Below, piece by piece: positions 11,391 through 20,262 of a stretch of 34,762 bases of DNA. Position numbers and translations under genes: made by a program. The notes under the pieces were generated by a model, which did no database searches, had not been told where the DNA came from, and saw only the letters and a list, made by a program, of their open reading frames with translations. Every line of letters starts with the position of its first letter. Positions within the stretch are counted from its first letter, which is position 1. The stretch covers positions 4,281 to 39,042 of the forward strand of contig CAZKIM010000003.1 in assembly GCA_964552855.1 (NCBI GenBank). Reading direction: 5' to 3'. This stretch comes from an uncultured Solibacteraceae bacterium (GTDB taxonomy: Bacteria; Acidobacteriota; Holophagae; Holophagales; Holophagaceae).

Positions 11391-14324
11391 ATGAACCGTG
11401 TCTTCTCCCGGCTCGGCCTCACGGCCGTCGCCATCGTGGCCGGCTCCGCGCTCTACGCGCAGAGCTCCACCACGGGCGCCGTCAGCGGCGTGGTCACCGA
11501 TAGCAACGGTGCTGCCCTTGCTGGCGCCACCGTCACGCTGACTTCGGCCCAGATCACCCGCACCATCGTCACCGGCGCGGATGGTTCCTTCCGCCTCGGC
11601 CTCCTGAACCCCGGCAACTGGCAGGTTCGCGTCACCAAGGACGGCTTCCAGCCCTCCACCAGCACCGTCAATGTGACGACCAATGAAACGAAGGCGGTCA
11701 GCTTCAAGATCGTCACCACCGCCTCCACGACGGTGGAAGTGGTCGGCACCCAGTCCAATGTGGATGTGACCTCCACGACCCAGGGTCTGCAGATGAACAT
11801 GGACCAGATGGCCGCTGTCCCCAAGGGCCGCGACATGACCTCCATGGCCTTCTTCGCGCCGGGCGTGGTCAGCTCGGGCTTCGGTGACCCCTCCATCAGT
11901 GGCGCCTCCGGCGCTGAGAACTCCTATGTGCTGGACGGTCTCGACACCAAGGACTACCGCGCGGGCTTCCAGGGCGCGACCCTGAAGACCGACTTCATTG
12001 ACCAGGTCGAAGTTCAGACCGGCGGTTTCCGCCCTGAGTTCTCGGCCCTGGGTGGCGTGTTCAACGCCGTCACCAAGTCCGGCTCCAACGACTTCAAGGG
12101 CAGCGCCTGGGCCACCTGGGATGCGAAGACCCTGACGCCGAAGCCCAAGCAGACCCTGTACGCCACCGAAAATTCCCCCGATGACCGTTACGACATCGGC
12201 GCGGAAGTGGGCGGCGCGATCATCAAGGACAAGCTGTTCTACTTCGTCGGTCTGGACGGCGATATCCGCAAGCAGGCCCAGCCCCTCGCCAACAATGATC
12301 CCGGCCTCGTCAGCAACCCCTACAAGCAGACCGACATCCAGGCTGTGGGCAAGTTGAACTACTTCCTCACCCAGGACATGCAGCTGACCCTTTTCGGTCA
12401 GTTCGAGCGGACTAAGTTCGACCAGACTCCCGACTACCCGGCCACCTACGGCGACGCCAACCTGGGCATTTCTCAGACCCAGACGGTCCAGAACTTCAAC
12501 CTGAGCTACGACTGGAGCATCACCCCCAGCCTGCTCCTGTCCGCCAAGCTCGGCATGACGGACAACAAGACCACGACCGATCCCACCGACAGCACCAACC
12601 AGGCCATCACGGATGGCGTGTACTACAACCCGACCTACGGAGCGGGCGGAACCGGCCCGCTTGCCGGTTCTGGTTTCAGCTACCGCACCGGTGGCGTGAA
12701 CCTCTACCAGCCTCTCTACCAGGCCAAGACCACGCAGGCGAAGATTGACCTGTCCTGGTTCGTGGGCAACCACAACCTGAAGTTCGGCGTGAGCCAGCTT
12801 GAGTCCAAGTATTCCCTCCTCCAGTCGCAGGGCGGCCCGGTCAACGCCATCACGGCCTACACCCTCGCGGATGCCGGCAAGCTCTACCCGGTTTCCTACA
12901 CCGTCAGCACCGGCGGCAACCTCTACACCTATGAGGAGCACACGGACGCCACGGTCAAGACCACCTACAACGCCCTCTACGCCCAGGACACCTGGGAGAT
13001 GATGCCCGGCTTCCGCCTGATGTACGGCGCCCGGTATGAAGAGCAGAATCTTAAGGACTTCAAGGGCAACACCTATGCGAAGTTCTCCGGCTCGGACTAC
13101 ATCCAGCCCCGCATCGGCTTCACCTGGGATCTGAACAACGATGGCAAGACCAAGGTGGCCGGCAGCTACGCCACTTACTTTGAGGACATCCCCCAGCAGA
13201 TCAGCATCCGGGTGTTCGCGAACGAGGTCTACCTCCGCAAGAAGTTCCTTCGTAGCCAGGCGACCGATCTCGGTATGGGTGGAGCGGACTGGTCTTACAA
13301 CGCCGGTCACCCGGTCATCATCAATCCGACCAACCAGTACCAGACCATTGATTACGCCACCCCCTTCAGCTATGACCCCATCGCGGATGGCACCAAGCTC
13401 CCCAAGCGCGAGGAGTTCACCCTCGGCATTGATCACACGATGGACAATGGCTGGACCATTGGCACCCACGCCAAGTACCGCAACCTGTCCGATGTGATCG
13501 AGGACTCGGTCATCACCACCCCGACCGGCGGCTACTATGACTCTGGTCTGGCCTACGCCTACATCGGCGGCGTTTACTACTACGCGGGCCAGGCGATCCT
13601 GTGGAACCCCGGTCCCACCGCTTCCTGGACGGCCCGCTCTTCGATGCCGGGCTTCCCCAGCCTCAACAGCGGTGCCCATTTTGATATCGGCAAGACCTAC
13701 TTCCCCACCGCCTACAACCGCTACATCAGCTGGGACCTCACGGCCTCCAAGCGCACCGACCGCGACTTCTTCAACTTCAACTACACCTGGAGCCGGTTGA
13801 GCGGCAACTACGAAGGTCTGGTGAGCAGCTCCAACGGCCAGGCGGACGGCAACATCACCGCCTCCTACGACTACTACCCCTATGTCGGCGATGGTCTGCA
13901 GCCCCTGGACCGCACCAATGTCATCAAGGTTCAGTACTCGCACCGCTTCACGGTTGCCAACAATGACCTGAACGCAGGCCTGTCCTTCCTCTACCAGACC
14001 GGCACGCCGCTCAGCAAGTTCGACAACACGAACGACATCGGCCAATACGGTAATGCCACCCCCACGGATGGGAAACTTGGCCAGTTCGGTCGCGTTCCTG
14101 CTACCCGTGACATGGATGTGCATGTGGACTACGCCATCAAGGCTGGTCAGAAGCTCCGCGTGATGCCCTCGGTGGACATCTTCAATGTCTTCAATAGCCG
14201 ACCCGTCAACGGCATCACCCAGCAGGCCACGGACCGCAACGGCAGCCCGAACCCGTACTACGGTCACGAGACTGGCTGGCAGCCCGCCCGCAGCGTCCGC
14301 TTCGGCGTGAAGGTTCAGTTCTAA
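11391..14324 (+). CDS. Oar-like TonB-dependent outer-membrane receptor with N-terminal carboxypeptidase-regulatory-like domain (paralog 1)
   Basis: Track ORF 11214..14324 trimmed to ATG 11391 (977 aa). Signal peptide MNRVFSRLGLTAVAIVAGSALYAQ, CarboxypepD_reg-like GVVTDSNGAALAGATVTLT...GSFRLGLLNPGNW, plug-like ENSYVLDGLD, a long Tyr/Asn/Thr/Gly-rich barrel, and terminal ...RFGVKVQF. Confidence 0.9.
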   Translation: MNRVFSRLGLTAVAIVAGSALYAQSSTTGAVSGVVTDSNGAALAGATVTLTSAQITRTIVTGADGSFRLGLLNPGNWQVRVTKDGFQPSTSTVNVTTNETKAVSFKIVTTASTTVEVVGTQSNVDVTSTTQGLQMNMDQMAAVPKGRDMTSMAFFAPGVVSSGFGDPSISGASGAENSYVLDGLDTKDYRAGFQGATLKTDFIDQVEVQTGGFRPEFSALGGVFNAVTKSGSNDFKGSAWATWDAKTLTPKPKQTLYATENSPDDRYDIGAEVGGAIIKDKLFYFVGLDGDIRKQAQPLANNDPGLVSNPYKQTDIQAVGKLNYFLTQDMQLTLFGQFERTKFDQTPDYPATYGDANLGISQTQTVQNFNLSYDWSITPSLLLSAKLGMTDNKTTTDPTDSTNQAITDGVYYNPTYGAGGTGPLAGSGFSYRTGGVNLYQPLYQAKTTQAKIDLSWFVGNHNLKFGVSQLESKYSLLQSQGGPVNAITAYTLADAGKLYPVSYTVSTGGNLYTYEEHTDATVKTTYNALYAQDTWEMMPGFRLMYGARYEEQNLKDFKGNTYAKFSGSDYIQPRIGFTWDLNNDGKTKVAGSYATYFEDIPQQISIRVFANEVYLRKKFLRSQATDLGMGGADWSYNAGHPVIINPTNQYQTIDYATPFSYDPIADGTKLPKREEFTLGIDHTMDNGWTIGTHAKYRNLSDVIEDSVITTPTGGYYDSGLAYAYIGGVYYYAGQAILWNPGPTASWTARSSMPGFPSLNSGAHFDIGKTYFPTAYNRYISWDLTASKRTDRDFFNFNYTWSRLSGNYEGLVSSSNGQADGNITASYDYYPYVGDGLQPLDRTNVIKVQYSHRFTVANNDLNAGLSFLYQTGTPLSKFDNTNDIGQYGNATPTDGKLGQFGRVPATRDMDVHVDYAIKAGQKLRVMPSVDIFNVFNSRPVNGITQQATDRNGSPNPYYGHETGWQPARSVRFGVKVQF

Positions 14325-14351
14325 AGCTCAAGACCTGGCTCGCCAGGCAGG

Positions 14352-14377
14352 AGAAGGGCCCCGAAAGGGGCCCTTCT
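14352..14377. terminator. intrinsic terminator hairpin between convergent TBDR-1 and response-regulator genes
   Basis: AGAAGGGCCCC-gaaa-GGGGCCCTTCT, a perfect 11-bp stem with a GAAA tetraloop. The T-rich 3' arm continues into TATT. Confidence 0.8.
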
Positions 14378-14403
14378 TATTGGTGCGTTCTGTGTGTTTC
14401 GAT

Positions 14404-15117
14404 TCAGAGCCCCAGCAGCTCCTTCAGCCTGGGGGTGGCGGTGCGGCTGGCTTCGAGTTCGAGGCCCTCGGCGACGCGCAGGGCGGCGCGGCCGCCGTCG
14501 AGGGGGCGCAGTCCCAGCACGGCTTCGGGGCGGAGCAGGAGATGGCGCTGGATGCGGAGCAGGCCGCTGCCCGGGAAGGCGTGCTCCACTTCGGCGAGGG
14601 TGCTCCAGCCGGTGCGGAACCGGCTTCCGCCGCACCAGGCCCAGACGATCTCGTCCTCCACTTCGAAGTGGGAGGTGCGGCGCAGTTCCAGGAAGACATG
14701 GCCCTCTCCGGCTCGCGCGGGAAAGCGGGAGGGCGGCTGCACGGTGGGCGATGGCTGAGTCGGCTGATCACGCAGGCGGGCGAGGCTCTTGGCGAGACGG
14801 TCCGCGGCGACGGGCTTGAGCACATAATCCACGGCGGCGGCCTCGAAGGCGCGCACGGCGTGCTCGGCGAAGGCGGTGACGAAAACCACCGGAAGGCCTG
14901 GCGGCAATTCGGCCATCACCTCGAGCCCGGAGGCGCCGGGCATGTGGATGTCGAGGAAGAGCGCGTCCACGGCAGGCGCGTTCGGCAACCAGGCCAGCAC
15001 GGCGGGTCCGTCTTCGAGCTCGGCGACAACCTCGCACCCGGCTTCACGGAGCAGGCGCGCCAGGCGAGCCCGGGCAAGGGGTTCGTCGTCGGCGAGGGCG
15101 ATTCGGAGCGCTTTCAT
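14404..15117 (-). CDS. LytR/AlgR-family response regulator (receiver + LytTR DNA-binding domain), copy 1
   Basis: 237-aa ORF. Receiver motifs LADDEP, FLDIHMPG and VDYVLKP. The C-terminal LytTR-like domain ends ...LLRIQRHLLLRPEAVLGL. The ATG overlaps the upstream kinase stop (ATGA). Confidence 0.88.
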   Translation of the reverse strand: MKALRIALADDEPLARARLARLLREAGCEVVAELEDGPAVLAWLPNAPAVDALFLDIHMPGASGLEVMAELPPGLPVVFVTAFAEHAVRAFEAAAVDYVLKPVAADRLAKSLARLRDQPTQPSPTVQPPSRFPARAGEGHVFLELRRTSHFEVEDEIVWAWCGGSRFRTGWSTLAEVEHAFPGSGLLRIQRHLLLRPEAVLGLRPLDGGRAALRVAEGLELEASRTATPRLKELLGL

Positions 15118-16193
15118 GGAGCCTCCGGCAATGCGATCTCAGCGATGGTGGAAGCGCCTTCTTCAAAGAGCCGAAAGGAGGCCCGGCCCTTGTACGCGAG
15201 CCGGAGTCGCGCTTCCAGGTTGGCGAGGCCCACGCCCTTGCCCAACACGAGGCGAAGGGGCTGGCCGGTGTTCACCACACGGAGCACCGTGCCGTAAAGC
15301 TGGCGACGGGCCTCGATGCGCAGTTCGCCGCCCTTGGGCGCGGCGGCGATGCCGTGCTTGATGGCGTTCTCCACCAGGGGCTGGAGCAGAAAGGGCGGAG
15401 CGAGGGCGCGATCCAATCCTGCGTCCCACTCCCAGGCCACGGCGAGCCGAGGCCCGAGGCGCATCCCTTCGACGCCCAGGTAGCGCTCCAGCAACTGGCG
15501 CTCATCCCCCAGCGGGGCGCGGACCTTGTCGCCATGATCGAGCAGTGAGCGATAGAGCCCCGCGAGGTCGAGGATCGCGGCTTCGGCCGCCTTGGGGTCC
15601 TGATGTACCAACTCCGCGAGCCCGTTCAGCGCGTTGAAGAGCACATGGGGCGAGAGCTGGCCGCGCAGCAGGATCCACTGGGCTTCCTGGAGTTGTTCGA
15701 GGGCGTGTTCCTTCTCCTCTTCCACCGCTTCGCTCACCGCGATGAGGCCGCCGATGACGGTGTAGAGCGGAAGCCCGACGAGGAGCTGCGGCCAGAGCTG
15801 GGTGAGGAAGCGATCGGGATCGCCGCCGAAGAGGATCGGTGAAGGCACCTTCACGCCGCCCGCGTGGAGGAGGCCGAGGCCGATGGCGACGAGCGCGACG
15901 ATGATGGCCGTGTTGAAGAGGAAGGATTGGGCGAGGCCGCGCAGGAAGGGCGCGTGTGGGCGATCATCGCCCGTGTAGCGCCAGGGCAGGGGCGTGAGGA
16001 AGCAGTAGCTGAAGCTCGACAACCCCGGGCTCAGGATGGCGTGAACGAGGAGGATGGAACGCGGACCTTGGAGATGGGAGACCATCAGGTAGGTCAGGAA
16101 GGAGAAGATCGCCCAGAAAACGCCCATCACCACCCAGGGCGTCGGGCGGGCGAGGCGGCGGCGGAAGTGCCGCGCGAGGGAGGTGGCGCGCAT
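15114..16193 (-). CDS. AlgZ/FimS- or LytS-type sensor histidine kinase (His_kinase + HATPase), copy 1
   Basis: Track ORF 15114..16712 trimmed to ATG 16193 (359 aa): MRATSLARHFRR..., several TM helices, H-box LRGQLSPHVLFNALNGL, and N-box LLQPLVENAIKHG. Confidence 0.85.
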   Translation of the reverse strand: MRATSLARHFRRRLARPTPWVVMGVFWAIFSFLTYLMVSHLQGPRSILLVHAILSPGLSSFSYCFLTPLPWRYTGDDRPHAPFLRGLAQSFLFNTAIIVALVAIGLGLLHAGGVKVPSPILFGGDPDRFLTQLWPQLLVGLPLYTVIGGLIAVSEAVEEEKEHALEQLQEAQWILLRGQLSPHVLFNALNGLAELVHQDPKAAEAAILDLAGLYRSLLDHGDKVRAPLGDERQLLERYLGVEGMRLGPRLAVAWEWDAGLDRALAPPFLLQPLVENAIKHGIAAAPKGGELRIEARRQLYGTVLRVVNTGQPLRLVLGKGVGLANLEARLRLAYKGRASFRLFEEGASTIAEIALPEAP

Positions 16194-16275
16194 GCCACCA
16201 GCATGGCTCAAGCTCCGGCCCGCCGCAGCCCTCGCCGCCGGGCGGTCCGCCCAAGGCGCTGAGCGGCGGCTCCCG

Positions 16276-16284
16276 TGGGATAAT
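16276..16284 (+). promoter_or_regulatory. possible extended -10 element (TGgGATAAT) placed to give a leaderless transcript
   Basis: TGGGATAAT ends 5 nt before ATG 16290, and there is no Shine-Dalgarno in the 5-nt gap. Inspection only; no convincing -35. Confidence 0.3.
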
Positions 16285-16289
16285 CGGCC

Positions 16290-16640
16290 ATGGGATTCTT
16301 CGACCGCATCCGACGATCCAAATCCATCCGTCCTCAATTCGATGAGAGCGTCGCCAAGCGGTTGGAGGCGGCCGGGAAACGAACCGACCGGATCCAGGCC
16401 GTCCCGGCGGAACCCGCCGACATCCCGCCCAAGCCCGCCCTGCCTGGCTTCAAAGGCACCGTGAAGCTGGAACTGACCTTGGATGATCAAGGCGTCGTTC
16501 GCGCCGTGGCCATGGATGGCGCGCAGGCGGCCCATGTGACGGAGCTGGAGGCCTGGGCCCACGGCTGGCGTTTCCGCCCCGCGGTGATGGATGGCAAGGC
16601 TCACCCTTGTCGGATGGTGTTTGAAGTTTCCTGGAGCTGA
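16290..16640 (+). CDS. TonB C-terminal-domain-like protein lacking signal peptide or TM anchor
   Basis: 116-aa ORF. The C-terminal 70 aa (FKGTVKLELTLDDQGVVRAVAMDGAQAAHVTELEAWAHGWRFRPAVMDGKAHPCRMVFEVSW) fit the TonB_C pattern (G.V.l.f.ld..G.v...............a...wrf.Pa..dG.p). The N-terminus is hydrophilic with a Pro-rich stretch. No in-frame upstream extension is possible. Confidence 0.6.
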   Translation: MGFFDRIRRSKSIRPQFDESVAKRLEAAGKRTDRIQAVPAEPADIPPKPALPGFKGTVKLELTLDDQGVVRAVAMDGAQAAHVTELEAWAHGWRFRPAVMDGKAHPCRMVFEVSWS

Positions 16641-16641
16641 G

Positions 16642-17121
16642 ATGACTTTCTTCGACCTCACCGCAACCACGCTTCGGGGCCAGCAGCAGGCCTTCTCCGC
16701 GTTCAAGGGCAAGGCCGTCCTCGTCGTGAATGTGGCGAGCGAATGCGGCTACACGCCCCAATACGAAGGCCTGGAGAAGCTCCATGAGGCCTACGCGGAT
16801 CGCGGGCTCGTGGTGCTGGGCTTTCCCTGCAATCAGTTCGGGGCGCAGGAACCGGGGAACGCTGAGGCCATCGAGCGGTTCTGCTCGGTGAAGTTCGGCG
16901 TGGCGTTTCCACTCTTCGCCAAGGTGGAGGTGAAAGGGCCGCATCAATCGCCGGTCTACGCCTTCCTCACCGAAGGGCGCGAAGAACCCAAATGGAACTT
17001 CCACAAATACCTCGTGGGTCGGGAGGGCCAAGTCGTCGCGTCCTTCCCGAGCTCCGTGGAACCCGAAGGTCCGGAACTGAAAGCCGCCCTCGAGGCCGCC
17101 CTTGATGGGGGACGGGCCTGA
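16642..17121 (+). CDS. glutathione peroxidase (Cys-type)
   Basis: Track ORF 16591..17121 trimmed to ATG 16642, which has GGAG upstream (159 aa). VVNVASECGYTPQY with the active Cys encoded by TGC, FPCNQFGAQEPG, and WNFHKYLVGREG. The start lies 1 nt after the upstream stop. Confidence 0.93.
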   Translation: MTFFDLTATTLRGQQQAFSAFKGKAVLVVNVASECGYTPQYEGLEKLHEAYADRGLVVLGFPCNQFGAQEPGNAEAIERFCSVKFGVAFPLFAKVEVKGPHQSPVYAFLTEGREEPKWNFHKYLVGREGQVVASFPSSVEPEGPELKAALEAALDGGRA

Positions 17122-17145
17122 GGGCGACTTCGGACGCTGGCGCGG

Positions 17146-20031
17146 CTAGAACTTGAAGCCGGTGGAGAAGGTCAGCGTGCGACCAGCCAGGTAGTTTCCG
17201 GAAGAGGTCGGAACCCCGAAGGAGGGGCCGGGCTTCCAGGTGTTGCCAGGTCCTAGGGTGGCGACGGTGTTCCAGGTGACCACCTGCTGATGGTTGAAGA
17301 CATTGGTGAGGTTCACGGAAGTGAACCACACGGCCTTCCGCCAGACGGGGAGGTCGTAGGCCAGCTGCAGATCCGTGCGGTAGGTGTCCGGGAAGCGGAA
17401 GGCGCCGCGGTCCGCGAAGAACTGCGTGTAAGTGGAGCCGCCGATGGTGGCGAGGGTGCCGGTGGGTCCGCCCGCCACGCCGGTGGTCGCGGTCTTGTTG
17501 TAGGGAGCGCCGGATGTGTACTGGAAGATCGCGCCCGCGTTGAAACGACCGGGGCCCAGCTTCCGGGTGTAGTTGGAGAAGGCCCGGACGCGAAGCGGCA
17601 CATCCGCCGCGAGTGGACCCATGGAGTGACCCAACTGGAACGGCGTGGGCTGGCCAGCATAGGCGCCTTGAGGCCCGTAGTTGTTCCACTGCTCGGTGGC
17701 GCCCACCTGACCGCCTTCGTAGTTGCCCTGCAGCTGGCTGAGGGTGAGGTTGCCGCCGAGGCTGAAGGCCTCCGTGAACTGCTTCTGGTACTGGAGTTCG
17801 AGACCGAGGTAATCGCGGCGGATCGAAGGATCGTTCTTGTATTCCGTGAGCACCAGATCATTCGCGTCCACGGGATTCGGCTGGAGATCCTTGAAGTCAT
17901 CCACGAAATTCTTCCAGGTGCGCCGGTTCACCGTGACGCTCCAGAGGCCGTTATGGCCATCCGCGTGCTTCAGGCTAAGGGCGAACTCCTGCATGGACGG
18001 CATCTTCAAGTTCGGATCAATGATGTTCGAGTGCCGGTAGAGCCCGGCGTCCAGCGAGCGGAAGGGCGTGCTGGAGTAGCTCGACCGGAGATTGCCGGGG
18101 CCGCCGGTGTAGATGTAGTCGTACTCGGCCGGATTGCCCACGGTGGAGGCGTTGTCCGTGGCGCCCTGGATGACCTGACCGGTGTAGATGCCCCAGGAGG
18201 CCTGCGCCACCCAGGCGCCGTCGCCGTTGAGATCCCAAATGGCGGCGAGGCGGGGCGAGATGGAGGACACATCGTAGTTGGTGGCTTGGATGTCGCTCTG
18301 CGATTTGTTCTTGTCCATGCGGACGCCGAGGTTGAAGCTCCAGTTCTTGTTCACCTTCCACTTGTCGTTCACATAGGCGCCCCAGATGGTGTTCTTGGCG
18401 GTGCCGGTGTAGGGGATGAAGATCTGGATGAAGCTGTTGCCATCGAAATTCCGGTTCGCCAGGCTCGTGTCGCCGTTGAGGGGATTGCCGGCGCCATCGT
18501 AGTTTTTGAACCCATCGAAATTGATGATCTGGTTGTTCGGCGACTGGCTGTTGGCGGCGTTGTGGGCGGACTGGAAGAAATCCACGCCGAAGTTCAACTC
18601 GTGATCGCCCGCGGCCTGGAGGAACCAAAGCAAGTCCGCGTTGCCAGTCTTGATGGGCCGCTTGTCCGCGTCCGCGCCGAAGAAGCCGTTGTCATAGACA
18701 TAGCCCGTGCCCGCGAAGGCCGAGGATCCAGGCCCGACGCCGTCGTCAATCATCACCGGCACATTGGCGCCGCCCTGGCCGCCGCCGCCGGGACCGCCGA
18801 GCTGTTCATCCTTCTGGCCATAGCGGATGTTCAGGATGAGGTTGTCGCTGAGCTGACCCTGGTACCCGAAGGCCCGGTAGGAGAAGGTGTTGGGCTGGTT
18901 GCTCAAGGTCGCGAGGGAGGTGCTGCCGCCGAAGAAGGCGTTGGCGTAGTCCCGGCCCGTCTGATCAATCTCGGTCTTGTTGTACTGGGCGTAGACCCGC
19001 TGGCTGGGCGTGATCTGCCAATCCAGCTTGATGTCCTTGCGGTCATCCGTGGTGGAGGCGCGATAGGGAAGGCCACCGCCGAATTCGGTAGGAGCCGTGG
19101 TCTGGAGCGCGTTGACCCGCGCGAAGGGAGCCTGGGCTCGGTAGCCCACCACGAAGAAGAGGTGGTCCTTGATGATCGGACCTGAGATGACGATGTTCTG
19201 CTGGATATTGTTCGCGTCTGGGAAGGTGAGGGTTCCGTTCGCGCCGCGATCCCGCGGGTTGTAGGCGGCCCAGGCGGTGTTCCGGAAGGAGAAGCGGGCG
19301 ATGCCTTCGAACTCGTTCGAACCAGACTTCGTAACGGCCTGGACGACGCCGCCGGTGAAGCGACCGTATTTGGCGGAGATGCCGCCATCCAGCACCTGGA
19401 CTTCCGAGAGCATGTCCTCGTTGAGCTGGGCGCTGAAGCCGCCGGTCACGGGGTCGGCCACATCCACGCCATCCACCAAGTACTGCACTTGCGTGTTCTG
19501 AGCACCGCGGATGGTCATGCCGTTCGCATCATTGCTCACGCCGGGGGCGAGCGCGGCGATGTTCTGGACCGTGCGCGCGGTGGCGGGAATGGGAAGGTCG
19601 TTGATGGACGACATCGTGAAGTTCTGGCCGACCTTCGCGTCCGTGGTGTCAATGTTGTTGCCGGTTCCGATGACGACGACGGTGGTGGTGGCCACGGTCA
19701 TGGGCGCCAACGGGAAATCCGTCACATTGGTCGAGCCCAGCGGCACGCGGGTCGCGAGCGATCCACCCAGGTAGCCGTCGGCCGTCACCGAAAGGGTGAC
19801 GGGACCTGGGATGAGCTGGGAGAAGCGGAATCCGCCCTGAGCGTTGGTGATGAAGGTGCGGTCGCCCTGGGGCGTGTGGAGCACCACCGTCGCGCCGACG
19901 ATGGGCTTGTTGGTGCCCGTCTCCTTGACGGTGCCGCTGATGTTTCCGGTCGTCGCGTCCTGGGCGACGAGCGAAGACGCGGCGACGAGCGTGATGGCCG
20001 TGAGGCCGAGCCTTGAAAGCACACGGTTCAT
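17146..20031 (-). CDS. Oar-like TonB-dependent outer-membrane receptor with N-terminal carboxypeptidase-regulatory-like domain (paralog 2)
   Basis: Track ORF 17146..20091 trimmed to ATG 20031 (961 aa). Signal peptide MNRVLSRLGLTAITLVAASSLVAQ is nearly identical to paralog 1. GTVKETGTNKPIVGATVVLH...GGFRFSQLIPGP, plug-like TQVQYLVDGVDV, and terminal ...TFSTGFKF. Confidence 0.9.
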   Translation of the reverse strand: MNRVLSRLGLTAITLVAASSLVAQDATTGNISGTVKETGTNKPIVGATVVLHTPQGDRTFITNAQGGFRFSQLIPGPVTLSVTADGYLGGSLATRVPLGSTNVTDFPLAPMTVATTTVVVIGTGNNIDTTDAKVGQNFTMSSINDLPIPATARTVQNIAALAPGVSNDANGMTIRGAQNTQVQYLVDGVDVADPVTGGFSAQLNEDMLSEVQVLDGGISAKYGRFTGGVVQAVTKSGSNEFEGIARFSFRNTAWAAYNPRDRGANGTLTFPDANNIQQNIVISGPIIKDHLFFVVGYRAQAPFARVNALQTTAPTEFGGGLPYRASTTDDRKDIKLDWQITPSQRVYAQYNKTEIDQTGRDYANAFFGGSTSLATLSNQPNTFSYRAFGYQGQLSDNLILNIRYGQKDEQLGGPGGGGQGGANVPVMIDDGVGPGSSAFAGTGYVYDNGFFGADADKRPIKTGNADLLWFLQAAGDHELNFGVDFFQSAHNAANSQSPNNQIINFDGFKNYDGAGNPLNGDTSLANRNFDGNSFIQIFIPYTGTAKNTIWGAYVNDKWKVNKNWSFNLGVRMDKNKSQSDIQATNYDVSSISPRLAAIWDLNGDGAWVAQASWGIYTGQVIQGATDNASTVGNPAEYDYIYTGGPGNLRSSYSSTPFRSLDAGLYRHSNIIDPNLKMPSMQEFALSLKHADGHNGLWSVTVNRRTWKNFVDDFKDLQPNPVDANDLVLTEYKNDPSIRRDYLGLELQYQKQFTEAFSLGGNLTLSQLQGNYEGGQVGATEQWNNYGPQGAYAGQPTPFQLGHSMGPLAADVPLRVRAFSNYTRKLGPGRFNAGAIFQYTSGAPYNKTATTGVAGGPTGTLATIGGSTYTQFFADRGAFRFPDTYRTDLQLAYDLPVWRKAVWFTSVNLTNVFNHQQVVTWNTVATLGPGNTWKPGPSFGVPTSSGNYLAGRTLTFSTGFKF

Positions 20032-20262
20032 GTGAACTCCGTGAGGGTGCGGGCGTGGCCGCAACGGATGGAAGAGGGGCGTTGGTCCCACGCCGCGCGT
20101 GGGCGCGGAGCAGGTGGACCAAGGCTGGGGCCGATGAGGGCCCTGCTTCCACGCATGTGGGATGGAGCGCGCGGGCTCCGTGGCGAAACCGCCCAGGGTG
20201 GGGTGAATCCGCGGAACCTCCGCGCGCGCTGGGGTGGATCGGTCCGCCGCGTGAGGCGCGGC

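Noticed and set aside
16690-16760. Selenocysteine in the glutathione peroxidase active site.
   Set aside because: The active-site residue in VASECGYT is encoded by TGC (Cys), not TGA, and I did not look for or see a SECIS-like hairpin.
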